Shown here in pieces: positions 20,611-32,200 of a DNA stretch of 64,000 nt (position 1 is the first letter of the stretch; each line of letters begins with the position of its first letter). This DNA is from Acidobacteriota bacterium (GTDB taxonomy: Bacteria > Acidobacteriota > UBA890 > WLXD01), in assembly GCA_965205505.1 (NCBI GenBank), contig CBDBHB010000009.1, forward strand, positions 576,001-640,000, written 5' to 3'. Made by a program: the position numbers and the translations under genes. The notes beneath the pieces are model-generated. The model saw nothing but the letters and a program-made list of their open reading frames with translations, ran no database searches and was not told the DNA's origin.

Positions 20611-22350
20611 GTGCCAATCCGGGAGCAAGCCCGCGTGACCGATCTTCGCAACAAGGAATTTCCGCGTTCCTTCGTGCCGGACGACATCGACCTCGGCGAC
20701 TGGGAGGCAGTGCAGCCGTGGGTCGAAAAGCTGCTCGAGCGGCAACTGACGTCGGCCGCCGACCTGGAGCAGTGGTTGTTGGATCTTTCCGAGCTGCAGT
20801 CGTGTGTCTCCGAGGAGAGGGCTCGCCGCTATATCGCCATGACCTGCGATACAGAGGACGAGGACGCGGAGGCTCGCTACCTGGAGCTGATCGAGCACTT
20901 CATGCCGGCGGCCAAACCGTGGTTTCACAAGCTCAACGAGTACTACGTCGCCAGCCCACACCGCGTCGACCTCGACGAGAGCCGCTATGCGGTTCTGGAT
21001 CGAGGCACGGCCATGGATATCGAGCTATATCGCGAGCAAAACATCGAGCTGCAGACCCAGGCGAGCGTCCTCAGCCAACGCTACCAGAAGGTCAGCGGTG
21101 TCATGACAGTGGAGTTTCGCGGCGAGGAGCGCACCTTGCCGCAGATGGGGAAGTTTCTCGAGGAGACCGATCGCAACCTGCGCCAGGAGGCATGGGAGGC
21201 CATCTGGGATCGTCGCCTGCAGGATCGCGACGCCTTTGACGAGATCTTCGATGAGCTGGTCGAGCTACGGCATCAGACGGCGCTCAATGCCGACTGCTCC
21301 GACTATCGGGACTACACGTTCAAGTCGTACCACCGCTTCGACTACACGCCGGAGTCCTGCGAGCGATTCCACGAGGCGGTCGAAAGAAACGTCATGCCGC
21401 TCGTGCGGACTCTGGCTGATCAACGTCGCTCAGCGCTCGGCCTCGATCACTTGCGACCATGGGATTTCGGGGTCGATCCTCTCGGCCGGCCGCCGTTACG
21501 CCCGTTCGAAGACAGCACCGAGCTCGGGCAGGGCGCGCGCCGTATCTTCGCTCGCATCGATCCCGAGCTCGAGGCCCAGTTCGTCAGCATGCTCGAGGGC
21601 GGCGAGCTCGACCTGGAATCGCGTAAGGGCAAAGCGCCGGGAGGCTATCAGTCGTCGCTGGAGGAAGTCCGACGCCCGTTTATCTTCATGAACGCGGCGG
21701 GGTTGCATCGCGACGTCGAGACGTTGCTCCATGAGTCGGGCCACGCCTTCCACGCCCTTGCCGCTCGCGACGAGCCGCTAGTGGAGTATCGCCACGCCCC
21801 GATCGAGTTCGCCGAGGTAGCCTCGATGACCATGGAGCTGTTCGGCGATGACCACCTCGACGAGTTCTATAGTGCCGACGATGCGGCGCGCGCCAAGCGC
21901 AAGCACCTCGAAGGCATCATCGAGCTGCTTCCCTGGATCGCTCGTGTCGACGCCTTCCAGCACTGGATCTACACGAACCCGCAGCACACACGCGAGGACC
22001 GTACGGCAGCTTGGCTACAGCTGGGCGAGCGCTTCGAAGTACCGATCGAGTGGGCCGGGCACGATGACCAACGTCAAGCCGGGTGGCAGCGGCAACTCCA
22101 CATCTTCTGCTACCCGTTCTACTACATCGAATACGGCATCGCCCAGCTTGGCGCCTTGCAGATCTGGAACACGTTCAAGCGCGATTCGGCTCGCGGACTG
22201 TCCGACTATCGAGCGGCGCTGGCTCTTGGTGGCTCGCTTCCGCTACCGAAGTTGTTCGAGGCTGCCGGTGCGAAGCTCGCGTTCGATGAGAGCACCATCG
22301 CGCCGCTGATGGACCGAGTTGGTAGGGAGCTGGCGACGTTACCTGCCTAG
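20611..22350 (+). CDS. M3-family oligoendopeptidase (PepF-like)
   Basis: KAPGGY, LLHESGHAFH (HExxH), EFAEVASM, PFYYIEY. Confidence 0.92.
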   Translation: MPIREQARVTDLRNKEFPRSFVPDDIDLGDWEAVQPWVEKLLERQLTSAADLEQWLLDLSELQSCVSEERARRYIAMTCDTEDEDAEARYLELIEHFMPAAKPWFHKLNEYYVASPHRVDLDESRYAVLDRGTAMDIELYREQNIELQTQASVLSQRYQKVSGVMTVEFRGEERTLPQMGKFLEETDRNLRQEAWEAIWDRRLQDRDAFDEIFDELVELRHQTALNADCSDYRDYTFKSYHRFDYTPESCERFHEAVERNVMPLVRTLADQRRSALGLDHLRPWDFGVDPLGRPPLRPFEDSTELGQGARRIFARIDPELEAQFVSMLEGGELDLESRKGKAPGGYQSSLEEVRRPFIFMNAAGLHRDVETLLHESGHAFHALAARDEPLVEYRHAPIEFAEVASMTMELFGDDHLDEFYSADDAARAKRKHLEGIIELLPWIARVDAFQHWIYTNPQHTREDRTAAWLQLGERFEVPIEWAGHDDQRQAGWQRQLHIFCYPFYYIEYGIAQLGALQIWNTFKRDSARGLSDYRAALALGGSLPLPKLFEAAGAKLAFDESTIAPLMDRVGRELATLPA

Positions 22351-22499
22351 CAGGCCGTGGTGAAAGTGTGGTGGGTCTGGCGACAGGGTCTTGCGAGGCG
22401 GAGGCAAGGAGAGAGGAGGAGGCGATGGTTACCCCATCGTTGACGAGGAACGACGCAGCACGTAACCAGACCCACCACACTTTCACCACGGCCTGCTAG
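22347..22499. mobile_element. MITE-like element, short copy (153 bp)
   Basis: Perfect 34-bp terminal inverted repeats CTAGCAGGCCGTGGTGAAAGTGTGGTGGGTCTGG at 22347-22380 and 22466-22499; no coding capacity. Confidence 0.85.
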
Positions 22500-22506
22500 T
22501 ACTGGC

Positions 22507-23172
22507 TCAACGTTCGCGCAGGAACTCCCGTATCATCGCCAGCACTGTACCCACCGCGCCGATGTTGTAGCCCTCCGGAATCACCAAGTCGGCATATGCC
22601 CTGGAAGGCTCGACAAACTCCACGTGCATGGGCTGCACCGTCGTGAGGTACTGATCGAAGACCGACTCCACCGTGCGTCCGCGGTCGCGGATGTCGCGCT
22701 CGACGCGCCGCATGAGCCGCACGTCGGCGTCGGTGTCGACGAAGATCTTCAGGTCCATCATCTGGCGCAACTGTGGCTCCGCCAGCACCAGCACTCCCTC
22801 GACCAGGATCACCGATCGCGGCTCGACCCGCTCAGTCTCGACGCGTCGCGTGTGGGTCGTAAACTCATACAACGGCTTGTCTATGGCAGCACGATGCACC
22901 AGTGCGCTCAGGTGCTCGACCAGCAACTCGGTCTCGAGTGAGTCGGGATGATCGTAGTTCTGCTGGCTGCGCTCCGCCGCCGGCAGGTGTCCGAGGTCGC
23001 GGTAGTAGGAGTCGTGCAGGATCAGCGCGCAGTGATCCTTGCCGATTTCCTCGGCCATGGCGTCGGCGATCGTTGTCTTGCCGGAGCCGGAGCCGCCCGC
23101 GATGCCGATGATCAGCGCTCTTCCGTCGGCCGAGGACCAGCGCGGCTTGCGTTCAAGATCGAGGAGCGTCAC
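22507..23172 (-). CDS. udk: Uridine kinase
   Basis: IIGIAGGSGSGKTT, HDSYY, NYDHPDS, KIFVDTDADVRLMRR.ERD..RGR, PMH.EFVEPS. Start uncertain. Confidence 0.92.
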   Translation of the reverse strand: MTLLDLERKPRWSSADGRALIIGIAGGSGSGKTTIADAMAEEIGKDHCALILHDSYYRDLGHLPAAERSQQNYDHPDSLETELLVEHLSALVHRAAIDKPLYEFTTHTRRVETERVEPRSVILVEGVLVLAEPQLRQMMDLKIFVDTDADVRLMRRVERDIRDRGRTVESVFDQYLTTVQPMHVEFVEPSRAYADLVIPEGYNIGAVGTVLAMIREFLRER

Positions 23173-23331
23173 TGCGGGGCGGCCTTTCGCTGACGGAACG
23201 TGTAGTGCCGGAATCTCGCTTGGCTTTTCGGCTCGGGAGCCCGACAGTAGACGCCAGGAGCGAGAATACAACCGCCCGGGCGAAGGGACCGACCTCGGGT
23301 TGGATCTGCTGCCGTAGCGGGATGTATCGCG

Positions 23332-23610
23332 CGAGCAGGCCGTGGTGAAAGTGTGGTGGGTCTGGCGACAGGGTGTTGCGAAGTGGAGGCAAGGAGAGAG
23401 GAGGAGGCGATGGTTACGCCATCGTTGACGAGGAACGACGCAGCATACGCGCGCAACCCCCTGTCGACCAAAGGGTTACGGTGATTTGGGGCCATCTGCA
23501 GCGTTGGCCTTCCTCGACGATGGCTAGGGCATCGCCAGTGTCAGGCCGCCTTCCATCTGGCCCCAACTCGCCGTAACCAGACCCACCACACTTTCACCAC
23601 GGCCTGCTAG
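23332..23610. mobile_element. MITE-like element, long copy (279 bp)
   Basis: Same TIRs as the 22347 copy (left CTAG reads CGAG) and the same internal left module, plus a 126-bp second hairpin module. Confidence 0.85.
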
Positions 23611-23669
23611 AGGCTCGAGTGGGTGCAGACGCCCTACGGAATCCGAGCCCTCGAACGTGCGCAGCTCGA

Positions 23670-23867
23670 TCAATCTGTTTCTTCAGAGGTCATGCCGGTT
23701 GCCCTGTGTCCGACGCATTCGCGAACTGGGAGCTGCGGGTAACGCGGAAACTCTGGTGCTGTTTTCGCCTTGGCACACAGCAGGAACTCGGAGCCGCGAT
23801 CGTTGCGCAAGCGTCGCGAGTGAACGCAATCCGTGCACAATCCTAGCTCCGGTCGCGAGACCATCAT
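23670..23867 (-). CDS. Small Cys-rich hypothetical protein
   Basis: GLCTDC.H.R...DRGSEF.LC......F.RYP.LPV..C.G pattern with four Cys, possibly metal-binding; fits the intergenic gap. Confidence 0.6.
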   Translation of the reverse strand: MMVSRPELGLCTDCVHSRRLRNDRGSEFLLCAKAKTAPEFPRYPQLPVRECVGHRATGMTSEETD

Positions 23868-24077
23868 GACCCCCTGATCCTCCGCCCTGCGATCGGCTCC
23901 ACCGTGCAGCTGTAAGATCCAGATCCAGGCAGCAGCATTGACAGGCCGCCCAAGAACTGGCGCTAGCCGCGAGCATATGTAAGGTTAGGCTCCCATCTCG
24001 GCCCCGTGCAGGACGGTAGTCTGCGTCCAGGCACCGGCCGTTAGCGTCAACACCGCGCGCACTCGGGGCACCGAACC

Positions 24078-25332
24078 GTGTCGACCGAACGTGGAATCCC
24101 AGTCTGGCTCCGGCGCTTGCCGTTGCTGGTCGGCGCGCCGTTGCTGTTCCTCGCTGTCACCGAGTTGGCGATCTGGGCGATTGGCCTCGAGACTGACTTG
24201 GTGCGCATCGAGAATGCCCCGATTCCTGTTCCCGTATGGCTGCTGGCAGATGAGGCCTGGGTGATGGAGCGCCAGGCCGATGCACTCGCCGGCGGCAGAA
24301 CTCTCTTGACGGCGCAGAACTTCGCCGCGATGTACCCGTTCGAGGAGGCGCGCTGGATTGAGTACCGCATGAAGCCGAACATCGATACGCGGGTGGTGAA
24401 TCCGTGGAACAAGTTCGAGGTGGAGAAGAAGATCACCTTTCGCCTGTACTCCAACAGCGACGGGTTCCGGGGCAAGGAGATTCCGCCCAAGCAGGCCAGC
24501 GTCACCCGTAATCGTGACGATCGGTGACTCCAGCACATTCGGTTGGGGTGTCGAGCCTGAGCATATGTTCCAGCATATTTTGGAGGCGAAGCTCAACGAG
24601 CAGCTACCGGGTCGGTACGAGATCATCAACCTGGGGATCTCGGGGCAGACCAGCCGCCACGGCCTGGGCTCGTTGCGGCACTTCGCGCTGCCACTCGAAC
24701 CCGACTTGCTGGTGATCAGCTATGGCGCCAACGACCCCCACCTGGTACCTGTTCCCACGGGCGAGCTGCTTGACGCTGACGATACATGGGCCGGCGCCCT
24801 ACGGTTCGAGATGCTCAAATTCCGCACCTATCGCCTGTTGCGACGCCTGGTTTTCACGCTCTGGAACCCGCTGGCGGTGGATCCGAAGCAAATGCCAGCG
24901 CCGCCGCCTCGGGTACGCGCCGTTTCGGTCGACGACTATCGGCAGAACATGATCGAGATCGTGCAGACCGCCCAACAGGCGGGAGTGCGGACCCTCCTCT
25001 TGTCCGTGTGCACGCGCAACGAGCTATACGTTTCCAACATCAACGGCGTTGCGAGGTGGACCAACACCCCGATCGTCAACGCCCGCGCGTTGTTCAGGGA
25101 ACGATCCGATGCCTTGGCGGACGGCACTCTTCATCCTGAGAAGGTCGATCATTACCGCTCGATATATGGTCAGCAGGCGCTGCGGTCGCAACCGGTGCTG
25201 TATGTCACCAGTGACGGGTGCCATCCGCACTGGGTCGGACATTCCCTGATCGCGGAAGAGATGTTTCCTTTGGTCAAGAGAGCCCTCGCAACTCGGCCCC
25301 AACCCGAGCGGAATTCTGGAAGCTCGCCGTAA
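24078..25332 (+). pseudogene. SGNH/GDSL hydrolase paralogue B with a 1-bp insertion at 24510/24511
   Basis: ORFs 24078-24527 and 24514-25332 align with paralogue A. GTCACCCGT-A-ATCGTGACG has one extra A relative to the paralogue's VTRIVT. Confidence 0.85.
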
Positions 25333-25561
25333 CGAAGTGCCAGCCGACCTCAGGTCATGCACCCGCCGAAGGTTAATCTGTACCCGGACGCACTCCGCTC
25401 AAACCCTGAAGCAACAGAGCTTTTTAGCTCAGTCGGTTGGGGAGAAACTCTGCAAACGACGGAGTCTTGCGCTCCGGGACGAGATTCGAACAGTGGTTCG
25501 TCCCTATAATGGATTGTAGGGTGAGTGCTCCTGACCCTGCGGAGGCGGGCGGACGACAACC

Positions 25562-26248
25562 ATGAGAACGCACATATGGCGAGCGATTTTGGCGGCACTG
25601 GTGCTGGCGCTGCTGGTCCCGACGGCTGCTGAAGCGCAAAAGAAAAAGAAGAAGAAGAAAAGCACCGACACGACCGCACAGAAGACAGTCTCTGTCGAGG
25701 TGTTGCCGCTGTTCGATCGCGGCGCATACTCTGCGGTCGTCGATGCGGTGGACATGGCAGCCGGTCCGGAGGTCCTCGTCAGCCCTGACGCGGTGTTCGT
25801 CGCGGGCATGAGCCAGGAGGCGATGAGCGCCTCGGGCAAGGCAAGCAGGGCATACGCAGGACTCGACAAGCTCGCCAGCAACGACCCCTGGCATCACCTG
25901 GGCGGATCCGCGGCGGCGTTGGTCGCCGGGAATCTCGATCAAGCGTTGAACGCCGCGGTACGTGGCGTCGAGCTAGCCAACGGTGACAAGCTGGCGCACA
26001 AGTACGCGCATTTCCAGCACGGCCGGGTATTGATGGCGCGCGAGGATTTCGTCGCATCGAGCGACGCCTTCATCCGCACTCTACAGATAGACGGTAGTTT
26101 CGCCTATGCGCACTATTGGGCCGGATTCAGCTACAACAAGACCGGCAACCTGGTGTCGATGACCAATCATTTCGAGCGCTTCCTGGAGCTGGCACCGGAG
26201 GCTCCGGAGCGCCAACAGGTCATGGCGATCCTGGCGGCGATGCGCTGA
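25562..26248 (+). CDS. Exported tetratricopeptide-repeat protein
   Basis: Signal peptide (AEA-Q), poly-Lys tract, TPR-like helices (YAHYWAGFSY...FERFLELAPEAPE). Confidence 0.75.
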   Translation: MRTHIWRAILAALVLALLVPTAAEAQKKKKKKKSTDTTAQKTVSVEVLPLFDRGAYSAVVDAVDMAAGPEVLVSPDAVFVAGMSQEAMSASGKASRAYAGLDKLASNDPWHHLGGSAAALVAGNLDQALNAAVRGVELANGDKLAHKYAHFQHGRVLMAREDFVASSDAFIRTLQIDGSFAYAHYWAGFSYNKTGNLVSMTNHFERFLELAPEAPERQQVMAILAAMR

Positions 26249-26257
26249 CGACGCCGA

Positions 26258-29200
26258 TCAGAAGATGTGGCCGATGCCGAAATGGAAGCGCCCGCCGGGG
26301 GCGTCGGGCAAGTGCGACAGATCGCTGAGGCGCACGCCGTAGTCGAATCGCAGCGTCAGGTATGGGGTTACCAACCGTAGCCCCAGCCCGGTCGAGAGCT
26401 TCAGCCGTCCCAGGCGTAGGTCAGACGCCGTAGCGAAGGCGCTGCCTGCGTCCAGGAAGCCCACGCCGCGAATCCAGTGCCAGATCGGAAACCGCACCTC
26501 CTGATTGAGCACCAACACGGCGTTGCCGCCGGGGACGAAGCTGCCGAAGAACTCTGTTCCGCCAACGGCGTCATCCGGGTAGCCGCGGAGAGAGGTCGAG
26601 CCACCGGCTACGAAGCGCTCGCTGCGTGGTAGTTGCGTCGATGTGGGATCGAGGCTGGCGCCGCTGCCGAAGCGAATCGCGCTGGCGAAAGTCAGTCGGC
26701 CCAGGCTGAAGAACGCATATTGCTGCAAGTGCAGCTTGCGAAACAGTAGCTCCGACTCGAGCGCGGCCGGCGCCCACTCGAGGGTGGCGCTCTGGAACAG
26801 CCCGCGGCTGGGCTCGAGCCGATCGTCGCGGGTATCGTGGATGATCGTCGGCACCAGGCGGGCGGAGGTTACGGGCTCGAGTTGAAAGTCCTGGCCGATC
26901 AACGTCGAGCGAGCACGCTTGAAGTTGTAGCTGTAGCCGACCGTCAGCGACGACGACAGGCGGAGACGCTGCTCCAGGGTGAACCGGGTGTCGTCGACGC
27001 GGGTGGTGAAGAAGCCCTCGGTCTCGCTGCGGGAGAGCTCGCCGATCAGCGATGTGCGTACCGGTGCTCCAAAGAAGCCGCGGAAACCGAGCACACCGCG
27101 TACCAGTCTGTCCTTGCCGCGATAGCGGGCTGTCGCGCTGAGCTCGGCGGGCAGGCCGAGCAGGGCGCTGTGGCTCAGTGTGGCGGCAATGCCCGGCCGT
27201 GTCTGGCGCTGATCCTCCAGGGTTTCGTCGCTGAACAGCTGAACTCCGTAGCGTAACCGCAGGCGCGGCTGTTCCTCGACCTCTACAAGCAGGAATACCG
27301 GTTGGCGCCCGTTCCTGGAAGGGCCATTCGACTGGACTTCCAACTTGATGCGCTCGAACACGCCCGTGGCATAGAGGCGTTGCCTCGCCGCCTGAACATC
27401 GCGCAAGACAAGAGGCGCGCCGCGTTGGGCCCTGACCGCGCCGCTGACCACCGAGCGTCGCACACGCTCGAGGCCATCGATACGCACGTCCGTGAGGATC
27501 TGCTGCGGCGCTTCGTCGATATGCATTACCACATCGACGCGGGAAGTCTCCGCGTTAGCCTCGATGGTCGCTCTTACGGTGGTGCCGTTGTGGCCCCGTT
27601 GAAGGTAGGCCTCGAGCACGGCGTCGACGGCCATGGCCAGCTCGCCGCGGTCGTAGGCGCCGTCGAGCCGCGTTGCCAATACTTCGCGCAACGTCGCCTC
27701 GCCGACTGCGGCATTGCCAGTGAAGCTCACTTGGCCGAGCCGATAGCGATTCCCTTCCTCGATCTCGATGCGCATGCGCGCATCGTCGCCGTCGATCTCG
27801 GGCCCGGAGGCCTGTACGATGGCGTCAACCCAACCTCGCTCGACGTAGAGGGCGCGCACGGCAGACGCGAGCTCGTCCCCTTGTGTCCAATCGGTTGCCG
27901 CGAGCTCTTGCTCGCGCAAGCGGCGGCGAATGGCCTCCGTGTCCAGGAAGGCGTTGCCGACTATCGAAGATTCACGTCGACGGTACCGCTCGCCCGGGTC
28001 GAAGCGCAGCAGGATCTCCTTGCGGGCTCCGTCCCCGATCAACTCGACAGCCACCGCGGGTCGCACGTGACCGCGCTTGGCGAGGTAAGCACGCACGATC
28101 TGCCGCATGTCTTCGAGAAGGAACTCGGTCAGGACGCTGTCTCCCCACGTCTCGAGCAACTCCTGACGCACGCCGTTCGGGAGGTCGCCCTCCACCGTGA
28201 GCACGGTTTCAGGGCCGCGATCGATGGCGTACGTCAGGTCGATGCCGGTGATCTCGCTCCGGTCCGTGCCGGCTGGCGGCGAGCGGCGGGCGCTGATGTC
28301 GGCTTCCAGATACCCCCGCTGGTGATATAGCCGCAACAAGCGGTCACGGTCTTCCTGCCAGCGGAGGAAGTCGAAGCGATCGCCCAAGCCGACTCGTAAC
28401 TCCCGCCGTAGGACGTCCTCCGTGTACCCTGAGCTTCCCTCGAATTGCACCGAGCGTACTCGCGGAGCCGGGCGGCGGGCGCTCGCGCCACGTGCGTCAC
28501 CGCCCAGGACCAGCCGATGCTGGAGCTCGACCGAGCGCGTGCCGTCGTCGAATGTGCCGCCGCGCAGCGCCAGACCGAAGGGAAGGCGCACGGTTCCGAT
28601 CCAGCTACGCTCGTCGGCGTTGGTGAGGTTCTGCGAGAACACCAGGTCGAACGTATTCTTGATTCTCCTGGTAAGCGTGAGACGCGCGGCCAGGTCGGTG
28701 TCGCGTGGAAACAATTCGCTCTGGGCTGCCGCGGGTACGCCGCCGCGCTCGAACCGCACCGACTCGAAGCCCAGCTGGCGAACCGCGCCCGCCAGATACT
28801 GGCCGGTGAGCAAATCGAACGCTTGCTCCGCCAGTACCTCGCGGCCGGCGTCGCCTGCGGCCGCCAAAGTGCGGCCGGTGGCCATGAGCGACAGCACGTC
28901 TCCGGAGTCCAGACCGGACTCGGCGCTGGCCTCGACAGTGGGGTTGAAGGCGCTGCCGGTCAGCACAACGCTGATCTGCTCGCCACCGATCTCGGCACGT
29001 GCGGCGATGTTGAGCGTCGGCGCGACGCGGTTCGTCTCGGCGAACTCGATGACCCCCAGATCGACACTGTAGGCGTTGCCGGCGAGGCGTACGATGCCGC
29101 CCTCGCGCACCGTCAGTCGGCCAACCACACCAGGGCGTGCGAACGTGCCGACGATCTGGAGGTCTGCTGCCAGGCCGAGCTCTGCGTAGGGGGTGTCGAT

Positions 29201-32200
29201 ACGGAGGTCGTCAACGGTGTTGACGCGTATGTCGTAGCTCAGATCGTCAAGCGGCGTGGGAACGGCGGACGCGCGCACCTGGGTCGCGGCCGAGGCCCCT
29301 AGCAGGTCGGCCGCAAGCGAGGCGTCGGTGCGATAGCCACCCGCGAGCAGGCGAATTTCTCCGAAGGCCCGGAGGCCGCCCTGCGGCGGCGCGCTGATGG
29401 TCACGTCCACATCGCCGAGCGCCCGACCGCCGCCGCCCTCGACCACGATCGAGCGCGCAGTGATTCCGGCGAGCCCGGTGGGGCTCATGGGGTCGGCCAG
29501 GTCGAAGTCGAGAAACAGTGTCGCCGTGCCACCGTTGACGATGCCGCGTAGCCCGTCGGTGTGGATCTCCGTGTTGGTGATCGTCAGCGTACCGTTGACG
29601 TCGCTCACCACAATCTGCGGATCAGCGCTGATGAAGCCGACGTCGGTGAGCTCGATACGTCCGTCGAAGCTGGGCCGCGTCGCCGTGCCGGTGATTTCGA
29701 GTGTGGCGTGTGCGCCCCCTTCGACTACCCCGGCCTCGATCATCGGCGCGATCCAGTCGAGCTGCAAATGTGACTCGAGCTGCAAATCGAGCTGCTGTCG
29801 ATCACCGAGCTCGATTGCGCCCGCTACGACCAAGCTGACGTCGTCCTTACCCGGCTGCGTCCATATCCAGTCGACGATACGCACTGCTCCGTCTTCCAGG
29901 CGCACTCGTGTCGGTCGGAGCTGGGACACCGTGACGCCGTTGCTGCTGAGTCTCAAAGAGTCCAGTTGAAGATCTGCACGGGCGTCGGCGAGCTCCAATG
30001 TAGGCATAGCCACCTGCAGCGACAACGTGGCCTCGCCGTCAAACTCGGCGGTCAGCTCAGGACCGAGGAGCGGCGCTAACTCGGCCGCGAGTACCGGGCC
30101 GAGCCGAGCCCGCAATACTGCCGGCTCGGCTGTTGGCCGTTCGGTGTCTCCCAAGATCAGGGCCAGCGGGACCTCGGCATCGGCCTCCAGCTCGGCACCC
30201 CGCCAGCGCCCCCGCAGCTCTCCCACATGCAAACCGCGCCCGTCGACCGAGGCTTGCAGCTGCAAGCTTTCCAGCGTCGCTGTGTCGTTGAGCTCTACCT
30301 CGCCGTCGATGATTCGAACTGACCCCGCAGGCTGCGGCTCCAACAGCGTGCCGCCGACGTGCAGGTCGGCGTCAAGATCTCCGGACAACACGACCCGTCG
30401 CGTGTCGGGCGCACCGGTGGCGAGCGCTAGCCCCATCGTGGCCAGGTCAGAGAGCCGCGAAAGGTCTCCGCGCAGGCGGCCATGGAGGCCCGGCAGGGAC
30501 GGGTCGCTGCCCAGCGCGCCGGCAACCGACAGGTCGAGGTCGCCGACGCGTAGTACAAGGTCCTCGACGCTCACCTCGGTCGGACTCCAGGTCACCCGTC
30601 CGGGAATCACGCTGCGAACCGGGAATCGTGGTAGGTCCACATGCAACGACCAAAGGTCGACCACCACAGTCGATGTTGCAAGATCGACGCCGACAGCGAC
30701 TTCGGCGCGGGCCGATTCTATGTAGGCTAGCTCCGGTCGGTCGCCGAGGTTGCCGGGCGCCGTCAGATCGAGCTCCCCCAGAAGGTCGATGTGCTCGCCG
30801 CCCGGGTTGATTACACCGCGGACTCTCAGCTGGTTGCTGCCGGCGCTGGCGGTCAGCTCGTCGATGCGAATGCCGTGCGTGGTGGGCGACAAGCGAGCCT
30901 GCGCATCGATGGATATGCCGTCGGCGACACGAATGGCGTGCGCGTCAACAGTGCCCTCGATTCCCGGCAGAGGTAGCGGCCCCGCGAGCGTCAGATCCCA
31001 ATCGAGCGATCCGCTGACGCCACCGCTGGCGGCCAGCCGCTCGCCGAGTCGCACAGCGTCGAGGGCGGCTTCGAGATCAGTCACGCTCCCACGTACCCGT
31101 CCTGCGACGTGACCACCGGCGTTCAGCTCCAGGTCGGCTTTCATGGTGCCGCCAGGGAACTGCAACGACGCATCATGCAGGGCGATCGAATCGCCGCTTG
31201 TCACGATGTCGGCCGCCGCCGTCAACCAACCCGTCGCGCCGAAACGAAGCTGCTCAACATCTGCGTGTCCGGAGATCCGCGGTTCGAGCACGCTTCCCGT
31301 GATAGCGAGGTCCGCCGTTGCTTGCCCGTCTGCCCTGGCAAGCACGCCCAGGAGATCAGGTGCAACGTCGATGAGACGGCGCGCCACCGAGCCCACGTTG
31401 TCGACGGTGAGGTGCGCTGTGCCGTCGAGGGTGCGGCCTTCGACGGCACCCGTCAGCTCGGCCCCGATCCGCAGCCCCGCGGCTACGTCAGCGTCGACGC
31501 TGGTGCGCCACACACCAGCGGACAGGTCGGCCTCCAGGCGCCCATCGACTGCTACCGCGCCGGCATCCGGCGAGCTTCCGTCAAAGCTCATCAGCACGGA
31601 CGCCGTGATGTCGGCGATCGCCGGCGCCGGCCCGGGCCACTCGGCGTGCACCTCGCCGCTCAGCCGTGTGGCGGGAACAATCCAGCCGGAGCTCAGCGCT
31701 GCGGCGAGCAGCGGTGCGGGGTCGACGTTCTCCCACCTCATTAGCAAGCGGCTCACCGCGCCCGCCGCGAGACCGATGTGCAGGTCACCGGTCAGGTCGC
31801 CGCCGCCGAGCTCGGCGCGCAGCGCGTCGATGCGGATCGCCTGTTGATCGGCCTGGATGTGGCCGTGGAGTCGTCGCAACGACACACCCCTCGACAACGC
31901 CGTTTCGATATCCAGCGTCATATCTACAGTCGGCGTCATCGCCGGACCGCTTAGCCGCCCCGCCACCGACAGCGCGCCGCCTGCCACGTCGAGCCCGCCA
32001 AGCTCGGCCAGTGTGCCCAGCAGGGCCTGCGTCCGGACGTCGAGCGTCAGCTCGCGGTCGGCAAGCAACCGTTCGACGGTGCCGTCGATCTCCAGCTGGG
32101 CTGCGGTGCTGTCGAAGCGCAGCTGGTCGATGCCGAGGTTGCGCCCATCCCAGCTAAGCGGGCCTCCGGAGAGTTCGATCTCCGCCTGGCGATGGCCGAC

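Noticed and set aside
22347-23610. Repeats around udk as a CRISPR array
   Set aside because: The repeats are inverted termini of 153-bp and 279-bp elements, with no regular repeat-spacer period and no cas genes.
25637-25662. Poly-Lys A/G tract in the TPR protein as a phase-variable or slippery site
   Set aside because: Mixed AAG/AAA codons with an intact frame; no long homopolymer.
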